Assembly (NCBI RefSeq): GCF_001194135.2
Contig: NC_068981.1
Span: forward strand, 197,611,985-197,647,629
DNA from: Octopus bimaculoides
Lineage: Eukaryota
Reading direction: 5' to 3'
DNA: 35,645 bases
Position numbers and translations under genes: made by a program. Below the pieces are notes generated by a model. It worked only from the letters and a program-made list of their open reading frames with translations, searched no databases and was not told where the DNA came from. The stretch's first letter is position 1, and each line of letters begins with the position of its first letter. Of this stretch, positions 23,147 through 35,645 are shown in pieces.

Positions 23147-23312
23147 AGGCTTGGCCGTGGCTGGGAAGTAAGCTTGCTTCCCAACCACAAGGTTCCGGGT
23201 TCAGTCCCACTGCGTGGCGCCTTGGACAAGTGTCTTCTACTATAGCATCGGGCCACCCAAGGCCTTGTGAGCGGATTTGGTAGACGGAAACTGAAAGAAA
23301 CCCGTCGTATAT
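23147..23312 (+). mobile_element. SINE family B, 5' half
   Basis: GGGTTCAGTCCCACTGCGTGGC...GGAAACTGAAAGAAACCCGTCGTATAT. Confidence 0.88.
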
Positions 23313-23339
23313 ATACGTGCTCGTATATATTCTTTTATT

Positions 23340-23630
23340 CTTTCACTAGTTCCACTCATTTGACAGCAGCCAGGTTTATTCTTTGTAAGCCTAGTACTTA
23401 TTCTATCGGTCACTTTGGCCGAACCGCTAAGTTACGGGGATGTAAACATACCAACATCGGTTGTCAAGCGATGGCGGTGGGGGAACAAACACAGACACAA
23501 AGACAAAAATGTATATACACACAGGCAGACATACACACAGACACGACGGGTTTCCTTTCAGTTTCCGTTTACCGAATCCACTCATAAGGCTTTGGTCGGC
23601 CCGAGGCTATAGCGGAAGACACTTGCCTAA
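23340..23630 (-). mobile_element. SINE family B copy running into a gap
   Basis: Family body, CA repeat and CORE-like segment on the minus strand. Confidence 0.88.
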
Positions 23631-23818
23631 NNNNNNNNNNNNNNNNNNNNNNNNNNNNNNNNNNNNNNNNNNNNNNNNNNNNNNNNNNNNNNNNNNNNNN
23701 NNNNNNNNNNNNNNNNNNNNNNNNNNNNNNNNNNNNNNNNNNNNNNNNNNNNNNNNNNNNNNNNNNNNNNNNNNNNNNNNNNNNNNNNNNNNNNNNNNNN
23801 NNNNNNNNNNNNNNNNNN

Positions 23819-23857
<39 letters not shown>

Positions 23858-24068
23858 TGTGTGTGATTTAGTTGTTCCCCACCACGGTTTGATAACCGGT
23901 GTTGGTATGTTTATGCTCACGTAACACTTTCGGTTCAGCAAAAGAAACTGATAGAATAATTACAAGGCTTAAAAAAATAAGAACTGGGATGAATTCTTCG
24001 ACTAAGAATTCTTCAAGGCAGTGCTCCAGCATGGCCGCAGTCTAATGACTGAAACAAGTGAAAGATTT
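23819..24068 (+). mobile_element. SINE family B, internal (GT)n and 3' half
   Basis: Ends GGCAGTGCTCCAGCATGGCCGCAGTCTAATGACTGAAACAAGTGAAAG. Confidence 0.82.
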
Positions 24069-24079
24069 ACTGATATTTC

Positions 24080-24220
24080 ATTTTATCGACCTTAGACGGA
24101 TGAGTGGTGTAGTTGACTTCGACAGGATTTGAACTCTGAACGGAGAGGGCCACAACTAGATACCACAAAGCATTTTGTTCGACGCACTACCGAGTCTATT
24201 AATCCATCGCGTTAACTCCT
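24080..24220 (-). mobile_element. SINE family A-like, highly degenerate
   Basis: TTTTATCGACC and GGATTTGAACTC (reverse complement of the B box). Confidence 0.55.
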
Positions 24221-24521
24221 TTTTAACCGATTCTGTTATTTTTCTGCAACACAGCATTAAATAATGTCTTGAAATTCCACTGGAATACAATTGGTCAAAT
24301 CGGTTTTTTTCCCCCCTTCTTTCTTTCTCCTCTTCTGTCTCTTCATTAATATTGGTGGCCGATGTCAACGGAATTGAAACAAAGCGAATTATTACGTTAG
24401 CATATTTCTGTTGTTTTGTAAAGCAAACGTTTGTAAATTCATAATTGATTTAGATTTTAACATGACTATATGATTTTCTCCGCTTTCCGTTTAAACGTCT
24501 CTCTCATATAAACTGACATTA

Positions 24522-24655
<134 letters not shown>

Positions 24656-25104
24656 AGGGCTGTGTGTCTGTTTGTCGTTGCCAGTTTACAGATGTTGCAG
24701 GTGTCTGTTTTCGTTGTTAATATTGTAATTACAGAAAATATATTGAAAACACATAAATAAGATTGTCCACTCTGTTAGAATAACAACGTCGTTGGTCAGC
24801 TTTTTCCTCATACGTTCGGTACAAAGCATTAACAATCAGATATTCAGCAGATATTTCTACACAATTTCTCTACTTCAACGCTTACATTTTACAACTTGGA
24901 TTTTTATTATAAATATATTAACATTTTGAGTGGAACTCACAACAAACACCTTCCGTTCTTTCTCTCTCCACCCCCCTCTCTCTCTCTCTATCTATCTCAC
25001 ACACATACGTACACAAACACACACAATATATTAGTGTTTCTTTTTTGTTGAATATAATAAAAACAATTTAACATGGCTGGGTGTTTAAACAGCTGTTTAA
25101 CCAT

Positions 25105-25345
25105 TCAAATATGAATGTGATATACATCGACTTTGCGAGGGCCTTCGATAAAGTCGATCAGGGAATGATATGCCACAAGCTGCATAACCTTGGCACAGTT
25201 GGAAAACTTGGAGAGTGGCAACACGGCTTTTTAAAAGGTAGAAGTGAGACAGTGGTGGCCAACTTTCAAGGAAATACAAATAGTGAGTGGTGTCTCACCG
25301 GGCACTGTCATGAGGCCGCTACTGTTCATGGTGGGCCTTTTAGAT
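25105..25345 (+). mobile_element. CR1/L2-like LINE reverse transcriptase fragment
   Basis: VIYIDFARAFDKVDQGMICHKL..GKLGEW..FLKGR, then after a frameshift VSGVSPGTVMRPLLF (compare DFSKAFD and SGVPQGSVLGPLLF). Confidence 0.85.
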
Positions 25346-25494
25346 TTGTTGTTATCCGTAGATTTATTGCAGAAACTTCGTAGTGACGGTTGGGGTAACA
25401 GTATTAATAACATAGGAGATAGAATGTGTAATGGACTTTACACATTCTATCTCCTATTTTATTAATACTATATATGTGTATATATATATATATA

Positions 25495-26590
25495 TCAGGC
25501 TGAGTAAAATGTAAGTAACGTTTTGAAACATGAAATTCATCACAATACATTTCAACAATGCGGAACTTTATTCCTCACAGTAATTACCATTATAATCAAC
25601 ACATTTTTGCCAGCGAGTTACAAGTTTGTTTATTCCGGTAACATAAAAACCTGGAGTTCTGGAGCGGATGAACTCTTTGAACGCACTTTCAGCATCGGTT
25701 TGATTTTTGAACCCCTTCTCTCGCAGGAAACTATGAAGGTGCTTGGAAAAGTGGTAGTCGGTAGGAGAAAGGTCTGGGGAATAAGCTGGGTGAGGAAGAA
25801 CTTCGTAACCAAGTTCCCTCAACTTCAGGAACGTCATTAGTGAAACATGTGGTAGGGCATTGTCTTGAAGAATGATTGGCCATCTTCTGTTGACCAGTCT
25901 GGGACGGAGGAGTAGCAGTNNNNNNNNNNNNNNNNNNNNNNNNNNNNNNNNNNNNNNNNNNNNNNNNNNNNNNNNNNNNNNNNNNNNNNNNNNNNNNNNN
26001 NNNNNNNNNNNNNNNNNNNNNNNNNNNNNNNNNNNNNNNNNNNNNNNNNNNNNNNNNNNNNNNNNNNNNNNNNNNNNNNNNNNNNNNNNNNNNNNNNNNN
26101 NNNNNNNNNNNNNNNNNNNNNNNNNNNNNNNNNNNNNNNNNNNNNNNNNNNNNNNNNNNNNNNNNNNNNNNNNNNNNNNNNNNNNNNNNNNNNNNNNNNN
26201 NNNNNNNNAATACGGTTGAGAAATGGATTGGTCTGGTTACGGAGAAGAAGCGACGAGCAAATTTCACAACTGCGCATTTTCTGATTTTCATTCAAATCGT
26301 GTGGTACCCATTTGTCGAGCTTTTTTTATTTTCCGATTGCATGCAAATGGTTGCGGGAAGTTTTCTGGCTAACTTGAAAGTCTTTTGCCAGTTCTCGAGT
26401 GGTTTTACATGGATCTTTCTCAATGACGGTCTTTGATTGACCGTCATCGATGACAGATGGGCGTCCACTACACTCTTGATCTTCAAGGCTCAGATCTCCA
26501 CTGCGAAATCGTTTAAACCATTTTCGAGCTGACCACTCACTGGTCATTTCTTCACCAAACGTTTCGTTGATATCGCGAGCAGTTTCAGCA
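25495..26590 (-). mobile_element. mariner DD34D transposon relic (5'-truncated, with a gap inside)
   Basis: HTH region WFKRFRSGDLSLED..SGRP..TTRELA. QDNALPH...YSPDLSPTD has 34 residues between the Asp (counted). C-terminal RWQKCVDYNGNY. Ends in a TA run at about 25495. Confidence 0.92.
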
Positions 26591-26929
26591 AAATTGCTGG
26601 AATATCGCGCTTTGACAGTTCCATTTCAGATGATTGTAAGAAAAATGGAAAAACACATTAATGTTAATTTATTGATGCATTTGGGCAAGAACTGTATCTG
26701 TATTATCAGAGAATCCCCCCCCCCAAAAAAAAAACGTTTAAAAAAATTCAAAACNNNNNNNNNNNNNNNNNNNNNNNNNNNNNNNNNNNNNNNNNNNNNN
26801 NNNNNNNNNNNNNNNNNNNNNNNNNNNNNNNNNNNNNNNNNNNNNNNNNNNNNNNNNNNNNNNNNNNNNNNNNNNNNNNNNNNNNNNNNNNNNNNNNNNN
26901 NNNNNNNNNNNNNNNNNNNNNNNNNNNNN

Positions 26930-27150
26930 TATATATATATATATATATGTATGTGTTTGTGTGTCTGTGTTTGTCCCCATCCCTACCATCGCTTGACAAC
27001 CGATGTTGGTGTGTTTACGTCCCTATAACTTAGCGGTTCGGGAAAAAAACCGATAGAATAAGTACCAGGCTTACAAAGAATAAGTCCTGGGGTCGATTTG
27101 TTAGACTGAAGGCGGTGCTCCAGCATGGCTGCTTGTTTCTGAAAGCTGTA
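26930..27150 (+). mobile_element. SINE family B, 3' half
   Basis: Family body and GGCGGTGCTCCAGCATGGC tail. Confidence 0.88.
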
Positions 27151-27324
27151 AAGAAAAAGTTCACTGAGGCACATATGTGTGGGTATGCTTCAGTTAACTC
27201 TGGCCGGTTACTGTATATCGTTGCGCATGCGTTACAGGAAGTCCATTTCAGCTCAGTTTCGTAAACTGACAAAACATGTCGAAGAGTGAAGTGATTTAGT
27301 TTCATAGAATTATCAAGAGACAAT

Positions 27325-27540
27325 GGCGGCGAGCTGGCAGAATCGTTAACATGCCGGGCGAAATGCTTAGCAGTATTTCGTCTGTCTTTACGTTCTGAGT
27401 TCAAAATCCGCTGAGGTCGACTTTGTCTTTTATCCTTTCGGGGTCGATAAATTAAGTACCTGTTACGCACTGGGATTGATGTAATGGACTGGTCCCCTAC
27501 CCCCAAAATTTCAGGCCTTGTGCCTATAATAGAAAAGATT
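27325..27540 (+). mobile_element. SINE family A, full-length monomer
   Basis: A box, B box, core and tail AATTTCAGGCCTTGTGCCTATAATAGAAAAGATT. Confidence 0.92.
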
Positions 27541-27570
27541 ACCAAGAGACATTAAACACTAGTTATAAAC

Positions 27571-27662
27571 ATGTTATTAGACATTAGCTTAATATGTCAT
27601 TAGGCATTAGTCTACCATGTCATAAGGCATTCGTCTAATAAGACTCTAGACATTAGTTTCCT
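27571..27662. repeat. Degenerate 23-bp minisatellite, 4 units
   Basis: ATGTTATTAGACATTAGCTTAAT / ATGTCATTAGGCATTAGTCTACC / ATGTCATAAGGCATTCGTCTAAT / AAGACTCTAGACATTAGTTTCCT. Confidence 0.75.
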
Positions 27663-28585
27663 TTAAATATTAATCAAACATATCGTTAGGCTTTGGTCTA
27701 AGCATGACGAATACATTTCCAGCAAGCGTTCGGAATTGTACCTAGTGTTTGCCAAAGACAGATGACCCTTTCACCTCCCAGAACCTATTTTCAATTCCAG
27801 CTTCGGTGTACTCATCCATTTTGATTTTAAAGATTATTTGTGTTCCCCCAGTCTCGACCTGATAACAGTTTAGATTTGACTGCTCCCTATCGTGTCTTCT
27901 TGTATGTTATGATCTGCCGGTGGATCTGTAGTAGTGTGACGGGGGTAGTGTAGTCGGAGTACGTAGGTATGTTGCTTTCCGCTGGACTGATTTTAGCAAT
28001 TGGTTTCAATTATCAAATTGTAGCTTTTCAACTTCAGTTATACGAAATAATGTCCTTGGGAAAAGTGTGTGATTGCCGCGGTCTCCGTTTCCTCTTCCTA
28101 AGCCAGTGCAGCTATTCACCCGTCAAATAATGAATGATTACAAATTGTAAAGCAGAAAATACAGACTTTTGATGCGTGATTCCATTTATTCCACTGGGGA
28201 GATAAATCGCTTCATAATCGTTTATCGATATTTTTATGTAAGCTAATAATGACCAGAATCTAATATTAGGTGTTTTAAACTCAGGGATATCCTATCACTC
28301 ACATCAATTGATGTATTACCATGGAATTTCGGCATTCATGGGGCGAATTTCAAGCAATCATGGTGAACTTTAGCGTTTTTATATGACATTACTTACAGCT
28401 TTCTTTCCCAGCACTGAAATTTCACTAAACACCTGTCATTTATACAATCCTCCCTCTGCCGCCATCGACAGTGGTTATCGTATTAGGTTCGTATCTACAG
28501 AACTGTTCTGATGGAACGGTTGATATTTAGAGGGGTGGGGATCACTATATTTGTTTGTGAAACGACGCAAGAGGGCAATGATATG

Positions 28586-28622
<37 letters not shown>

Positions 28623-28819
28623 ACACACACACAGAGTCACACAAACACTGTTATGTCCTAAGGATTTTATAAAGTTAGAGGATATGAAATAATTATGCTT
28701 TGGAATAGTTATATACTTCGACATCCACTATTCCAAAAGAGAATTCATTTATCTANNNNNNNNNNATATATATATATATATATATATATAGCTATCTAGA
28801 TAGCTAGATAGATAGATAG

Positions 28820-29133
28820 ATATATGTGTGTGTCTTAGCGTTTGTGTTTGTTCCCTACTAGCGTTTGACAACCGGTGTTGCTTTGTTTACATCCCCGTAA
28901 GATGAGAATTCGAGGAAAAAGACCTATATAAATAGGTACCAGGCTTAAAAAAGTACTTTCAAGATGGTGCCCCAGCATGGCCGCAATCCATTGTCTGAAA
29001 CAAGTAAAAGATAACAGATCTATGTATGCGTGTATTGTGTGTATGTATGTGTGCGTGTAAGTACATATATATGTATGCACGCACGTGTTTATATATATAT
29101 GTAAGTGTATACACACACGCACACACGCACGCA

Positions 29134-29165
<32 letters not shown>

Positions 29166-29262
29166 TCCATACGACGGGCTGTTTTTAGTTTTCCGTCTCC
29201 CAAATCCATTCAGAAGGTTTTGGTCGGCCCGAAGTTATAGTAGAGCATACTTGCCCCAAGCA
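28820..29262. mobile_element. SINE family B halves in opposite orientation around a CA-type repeat
   Basis: 3' half on + (28820-29012) and 5' half on - (29170-29262). Confidence 0.75.
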
Positions 29263-29469
29263 CTTCCCTTTCTAACGACATTAGAAGAGTGATTGGCTGC
29301 TAGATCTAGCAGGCTGAGCAATCTACAAATCCTTGTAAGAGAAGTCATTGGTGATGAGCATCGAGCAGAAACGAAATATTCCAATTGAAGGCAAACCTTT
29401 TGAACCAACTCCAAAGATAATATGTGTAGGATATATGGAATCAGGAAATGGTAAATGTGGAAGTGATCA

Positions 29470-29945
29470 AAAGAAAGATTCTCAAAGATAGAAAATAATT
29501 TGAAAAAAAAAAAATATCATATCTATTGGCATCAAGAAGCATTAATATTGAAACCAGACAAAATTATTAAAATGTGGTATATGGTCCATTCTACAATATG
29601 GAGTTGTAACATGGATATTAACGAAAGTCTTATCGAATGGAACACTAGTCTTTGAGATGTGGGAATAGAGAAGAATTTTGAAAATATCAGGGACAGAATA
29701 CAAAGCCTAGAATGAAGCAACAAAAACCAGTGAAAAAAAGAGAGGAAACTAAGGTATTTTGGACACTTAATTAGAAAAATGCTTTAGAAAGACGCTAAAA
29801 GATGAACACCAAAAATTATGTGGATAAAATGAAGATTTGGACAGGCTTAAAATAGAGTGAATGTATCAATGTATGAAGAGAGCACAAGAAAGACTGCAGC
29901 AGGCGATCCATGGAATTGAATTCATTGAGAGCAGACGATACTTGT
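29470..29945 (+). mobile_element. RTE-clade LINE 3' relic
   Basis: Decayed frames IWSILQYGVVTWILTK, VFEMWE*RRILKIS, KLRYFGHLIR and KIWTGLK match the RTE C-terminal pattern (LLYGCETW, AFEMWCYRRIL, LRYFGH). Confidence 0.75.
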
Positions 29946-30050
29946 TCATCATAACAGATGCTAGGTCTCCCTAAGTATTTTCTTTCTCACACATTTCAAC
30001 TGGCCTTTATAAGTCTATATATCTTTTAATTTCTGCCTCAGTTGGTGAAA

Positions 30051-30053
<3 letters not shown>

Positions 30054-30130
<77 letters not shown>

Positions 30131-30201
30131 ACAGTAGAACGAAGTCATCTATAGATCACACATACATAGATATCTAGATACATATATACGTATGTAGTAC
30201 A

Positions 30202-30232
<31 letters not shown>

Positions 30233-30245
30233 GTAAGTATGTATG
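30054..30245. repeat. (TCTA)n and (TACA)n tetranucleotide repeats
   Basis: Read directly. Confidence 0.9.
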
Positions 30246-30327
30246 TAAAACAACACAATGTGACAACTGATGCAGACTTTGTGGAGTTAACNNNNNNNNN
30301 NNNNNNNNNNNNNNNNNNNNNNNNNNN

Positions 30328-31020
30328 CTGAAAATGTCATGATGTTGTAGCTAGGACACTGTATAATGAGATCCGTCGGAAGGATAACCCTGAGGACAAA
30401 GAGATAAGAACCCACAGTATGGTAGAAGCCATAATGGTGGAATGTACCAGTGAAGACCTCAATAAAATGTAAGCACAACAGACCTGATATAATGATTTGG
30501 GATAGAGAAGAGAAACTGTGCACAGTTGTGGAAATTAGCTGCCCAGCGGATGTTAACATAAAGCTGAAGATCAGGGAAAAAGAGAATACCTATGCTGAAC
30601 TATTGAGAAATCTGCAGTTACTCTATCCAGATCACAAGTTCAGGTTTATACGTGTAATTATTGGGGCCCTGGGATGTGTAACACACTACCTAAGTACCAA
30701 TCTTGAGAAATTAGGTCTCTCAAAACCAGAAAGGAAAAAACTGATTCGAAGACTACAAATCCAATCCATCACTGAAACTGCAAAAATGTTTAGCACTTCC
30801 AGAAGTTTATCATTTAATTATATATGAACATGTATAGATGTGCAACTATAAGCATGAAACTACATACATAAAACAAAATATACAGATCTGCACACATATG
30901 CATACATACGTACAAAAATATCCCGTTGATGTTGATGAAATTCCAATGGAGGAGCCTTGGATCTAGATTAGAAACCGGTTCTTCATTGGCAAGAAATCAT
31001 GAAATAAAACTGAATAACCA
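30328..31020 (+). mobile_element. R4/Dong-type retrotransposon 3' fragment (RLE endonuclease and probable 3' UTR)
   Basis: HDVVARTLY, then WWNVPVKTSIKCKHNRPDIMIWD..VVEISCP..KENTY..IIGALG (PD-(D/E)xK-type RLE). Confidence 0.85.
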
Positions 31021-31230
31021 TTTCTATTTTAGGTGCAAGGCCTGAAATTTGGTGGGTGGGGGGGGAGTCAAATCGATTACGTTGACACCAGTGCATAACT
31101 GGTACTTAATTTATAGACCCCGAAAGGATGAAAAGGAAAGTCGACCTCGGCAGAATTTGAACTCAGAACGTAGCTGTATACGAAATACTGCTAAGCGTTT
31201 TGTTCAGCGTGCTAACGATTCTGCCAGCTC
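31021..31230 (-). mobile_element. SINE family A
   Basis: Reverse complement of the family tail, core, B box and head. Confidence 0.88.
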
Positions 31231-31285
31231 AGAATCGATAGCTGGCTTTTTGAAATAAAGCTGAAAAATGACATACGAACATGCA

Positions 31286-32520
31286 TACGAGGGGGTATCA
31301 AAAAGTTCCCGGACGAATTATGTTTAATAAAAAAACAACTTATTTACATGAGTTTTAACATCATCTCCTTTGAAATAGTCACCNNNNNNNNNNNNNNNNN
31401 NNNNNNNNNNNNNNNNNNNNNNNNNNNNNNNNNNNNNNNNNNNNNNNNNNNNNNNNNNNNNNNNNNNNNNNNNNNNNNNNNNNNNNNNNNNNNNNNNNNN
31501 NNNNNNNNNNNNNNNNNNNNNNNNNNNNNNNNNNNNNNNNNNNNNNNNNNNNNNNNNNNNNNNNNNNNNNNNNNNNNNNNNNNNNNNNNNNNNNNNNNNN
31601 NNNNNNNNNNNNNNNNNNNNNNNNNNNNNNNNNNNNNNNNNNNNNNNNNNNNNNNNNNNNNNNNNNNNNNNNNNNNNNNNNNNNNNNNNNNNNNNNNNNN
31701 NNNNNNNNNNNNNNNNNNNNNNNNNNNNNNNNNNNNNNNNNNNNNNNNNNNNNNNNNNNNNNNNNNNNNNNNNNNNNNNNNNNNNNNNNNNNNNNNNNNN
31801 NNNNNNNNNNNNNNNNNNNNNNNNNNNNNNNNNNNNNNNNNNNNNNNNNNNNNNNNNNNNNNNNNNNNNNNNNNNNNNNNNNNNNNNNNNNNNNNNNNNN
31901 NNNNNNNNNNNNNNNNNNNNNNNNNNNNNNNNNNNNNNNNNNNNNNNNNNNNNNNNNNNNNNNNNNNNNNNNNNNNNNNNNNNNNNNNNCACCGGTGATG
32001 ATCATCAGCCGCATGCTGACGGAGATCTTGACAGACTTCGACGCAATGTTCTTTTTGCTCCTGTGGTCAGCAGGCGGGGCACCAGCTTAACAGAGACACG
32101 CTGCATGTTCAACGGACCCTTACTACAGGCCAACGACATCAGAAATGCCGTTGATTGTCCTCCAACGATCCTCATGCACAAAGTGACGAATTTTCTCCAC
32201 ATTTCCGGGAGTGACACTCATGGCAGGTCTTCCAGATCACTCATCGCCTTCCAGATCGCTCATAGTCTTCCAGGGACATTCTTCCGCTTTTAAAGCGTCC
32301 ATGTCACTCGAAACATTGTGTACGACCCATTGCCTCGTCTCTGCCGCAATCTTGCCGAAGCATGCGCAATGTCTCTGTAATAAACTTCTCAAGTTTAGCA
32401 CAAAAGTTCACGTTGGATCTATGTTCCAACTTCCTGTCCATGACAAAATCGCAAACTACAGCAAACATTTAATCACACAAACACAAATTTTACAACCTGC
32501 GAAGTAAATGCAGCAATGTT
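31286..32520 (-). mobile_element. mariner transposon relic from a second subfamily; 3' TIR present, catalytic core in a gap
   Basis: TA plus CGAGGGGGTATCAAAAAGTTCCCGGAC terminus. C-terminal GDYFKGD. N-terminal MDRKLEHRSNVNFCAKL..CFEWHGRFKSGR..SLED..RSGR and LVPRLLT. I did not find a matching 5' TIR. Confidence 0.85.
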
Positions 32521-33302
32521 ACTCATCACACTGCTTCAGGAAGGTCACTGCTAGCTCTATATAAGACAGAAGTTATAGCAACGCGAGCTGATAACATACC
32601 TGAAAAGAAGAAAGAAGTATTTCATCGGGTTACGTGAAGGTGACTTCAAAAATCACCATGTTAAACATATATCTTCCTTCCGACACAGACAAAAGTAAAG
32701 CCACTAAGTTGACTAGTCACGTACAGGGATTAAAGTCTAACGTCACACCACATCTAATTAAGTGGAAAAATAGATGAAAAATTCATGCCATATGTAAATC
32801 GATAAAAAAAAAAATGCAAGCTATACGTAGCTGAAAGATCACAAGTCCTTTTCAGATCTAAGAACTCCACTGCACTGCTGAATTCCAGGTCCGAAATTTT
32901 CAGCGAATGAAAACATATGGATAAGTTTCTGTTTCCGAACTGGAAAATATCATACTCTCCAGATTCAGCAATAGTGCTGCAGATTCTAGATCCCTATTCA
33001 TAACTCTAATTCACCCCCTTTATTCTTTTTTTTCTCTTTTTATTTCCTTTCTATTTCCTTTTTCTATTTCCTTTCGGTTTTCTTTCCGTTTTCCAGTGCT
33101 TCCAGCCGTCCACCTTTTACATCAACCTTCTTCTCACTTTTTCTCGTATTTTCTCTTATCCTATCGTCCTGTTTTAGTTTGTTATGAAATGAGGGCACAG
33201 CCTGAGCATTGCGTGAAGGCGCCAGATGTGCTATAAAATGGCGTCTCAGTTGTTTTTTTTATCGCATCAAACTATTAGTGGCTCATGAAAATATATACTG
33301 TA

Positions 33303-33337
<35 letters not shown>

Positions 33338-33791
33338 TATATATTATATATTATATATATATTATATATATANNNNNNNNNNNNNNNNNNNNNNNNNNNN
33401 NNNNNNNNNNNNNNNNNNNNNNNNNNNNNNNNNNNNNNNNNNNNNNNNNNNNNNNNNNNNNNNNNNNNNNNNNNNNNNNNNNNNNNNNNNNNNNNNNNNN
33501 NNNNNNNNNNNNNNNNNNNNNNNNNNNNNNNNNNNNNNNNNNNNNNNNNNNNNNNNNNNNNNNNNNNNNNNNNNNNNNNNNNNNNNNNNNNNNNNNNNNN
33601 NNNNNNNNNNNNNNNNNNNNNNNNNNNNNNNNNNNNNNNNNNNNNNNNNNNNNNNNNNNNNNNNNNNNNNNNNNNNNNNNNNNNNNNNNNNNNNNNNNNN
33701 NNNNNNNNNNNNNNNNNNNNNNNNNNNNNNNNNNNNNNNNNNNNNNNNNNNNNNNNNNNNNNNNNNNNNNNNNNNNNNNNNNNNNNNNNNN

Positions 33792-33867
<76 letters not shown>

Positions 33868-34103
33868 GCGTATATATATTATATATATATATACATACAT
33901 ATATACACACACACACACATATATATATGTGCGTAGTCATTTTATACCATTTACTAGTTATTCTTTTATGTATTTTATTGATTTTTTGAATAAGAATTTA
34001 ATGATATATATATTTTCTAGAGGGTATGAATTACATTCTTCTTTATTGAATTATTTAATAGTGGTTTTTCTCTAAATTATATACATACATACATACACAC
34101 ACA

Positions 34104-34199
<96 letters not shown>

Positions 34200-34256
34200 C
34201 GTATATATACATACTTACATATATACATATATATGTATATATATATGTGATGTAAA

Positions 34257-34663
34257 TCTGGAAAATCCTTGAAGAAATTGTACCAAACTTTGGCATTGTC
34301 AGTGTGTCAGTTACACAAACAGCAGGACGGGGCGCCACTGCATAGTACCAAGAATCTTAAGATTGCTATCAGGATACAGGACCAGATACTGCAGCAGCTT
34401 GGGCTTTAAGGGCCCACAGCTCTTCAATATCCTCTCACAAAATCTGAGAGACTTGCATGGCGTGGATGTAGGCGTTTTCAGAACAAAACTGGATCTCCAT
34501 CTGTCAAGAGCTCAGGATGAACTTACATCAAGGCAAGAAACACTGATGAGGGCAGCAACGTCAAACTCCCTCGTCCACCAAATGTCACCTATCGGAGGAG
34601 GTTTAGTGAAAGTGTAGCAAAGCAAACGGCGGTGCTCCAGCATGGCTGCAGTCCTTGGACTGA
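34257..34663 (+). mobile_element. CR1/L2-like LINE 3' end fragment
   Basis: WKILEEIVPNFGI..RTGRHCIVP..SLGFKGPQLFNIL..GVDVGVFRTKLD..DELTSRQ..RAATSNSLVHQ, then the GGCGGTGCTCCAGCATGGC tail. Confidence 0.85.
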
Positions 34664-35097
34664 TTTTTAATATATATTCGTAAACAAACCAGGAGGCTGT
34701 AAATTACGGAGAAGAGCGACACACATAAGTCGCTTTTATAATAACCATAATTATATATTATTTATATGATAATATATGATCCATTTAGAGCGACTAAACC
34801 TAAACTACTGACGGAAAATATGTAACCCGAACCACCGGGAACTGAACACGACTATCAATGTTTATATATATGTATATATACTAGTTTCAACTATAGAGCT
34901 GCAGCCATGCCGGGGCACACCGTTTGCTTTGCTACACTTTCACTAAGCCTCCTCTGATATGAGGCATTTGGTGGATGAGGGAGCTTGATGTTGCTGCCCT
35001 CATCTGCGCTTCTTGCTACGAAGTAGGTTCATCCGGCACTCTTGACAGGAGATCTAGTTTTGTTTTGAAGACACCTGCTTCCACTCTGTGTAGGTCT

Positions 35098-35220
35098 GTG
35101 AGGCTTTGGTCGGCCCGAGGCTATAGTAGAAGACATTTGCTCAGGGTGCTATGCAGTGGGACTGAACTCGGAACCATGTGGTTGGAAAGCAAGCTACTTA
35201 CCACACAGCCACTCCTACAC
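35098..35220 (-). mobile_element. SINE family B, 5' half
   Basis: Reverse complement of the head through the CORE-like segment, followed by (CTAT)n. Confidence 0.88.
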
Positions 35221-35284
<64 letters not shown>

Positions 35285-35645
35285 ATCCATGAATACATAA
35301 TACTTACATACATACATGCATACATACATGAGAAGAAACAGTATAAAATAAAACAGGATAAGCTACAATGTAGAGGGAAAATGAAAGAAAATAAATGAAG
35401 TCAGGCAATATAGAATGCACTTAAGATAGTAGAATAGAAAGGGGTTTAATTTTCTGCAATAGGTTGGTGGGGTATAGAGGGTTTTTTAAAGATCACGAAT
35501 TCAAAAGCTTTAAAGGTTCGGGGATATAAATTTTTCCCAAGTTTTAATGGCTTCAAATTTTATTTAAAACTTTACAATTATTCAGATTGGATTTTGTCCT
35601 AAAATGTTTTTTATTCCATAATATATATATATATATATATATATA

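Noticed and set aside
27852-27966. AG...GTATGT-bounded candidate exon
   Set aside because: Stops in all three frames; a non-coding exon cannot be supported without RNA data.

Overview
Repeat-saturated, AT-rich, non-coding animal DNA (a large intron or intergenic region) with ten N-gaps, most of them next to microsatellites. The SINE families resemble those I recall from Octopus genomes; this is recognition from memory, not a search result. I found no host protein-coding exon I can support. Every recognisable protein fragment is a decayed transposon: four R4/Dong-type (RLE) non-LTR pieces, three CR1/L2-like LINE fragments, one RTE fragment, two mariner copies (one with countable DD34D spacing), an internally deleted DD37D (maT) element, and a Tigger/pogo transposase relic absent from the ORF track. 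There is also a hAT MITE with an 8-bp TSD, a Tigger-type MITE, and many copies of two tRNA-derived SINE families (called A and B here). The most interesting structures are: (1) three R4/Dong pieces stacked head-to-tail, each separated by (TAA)n, at 12.66-16.6 kb, one of them with a twin-priming-like 5' inversion; (2) a head-to-head SINE pair at 22.4-22.8 kb whose arms share a perfectly identical 52-bp tract carrying the same non-consensus changes; (3) a 3' tail shared between the CR1-like LINE and SINE family B. I see no evidence for a wholly new biological system. The findings concern transposon mechanics. All alignments and counts were done by eye.
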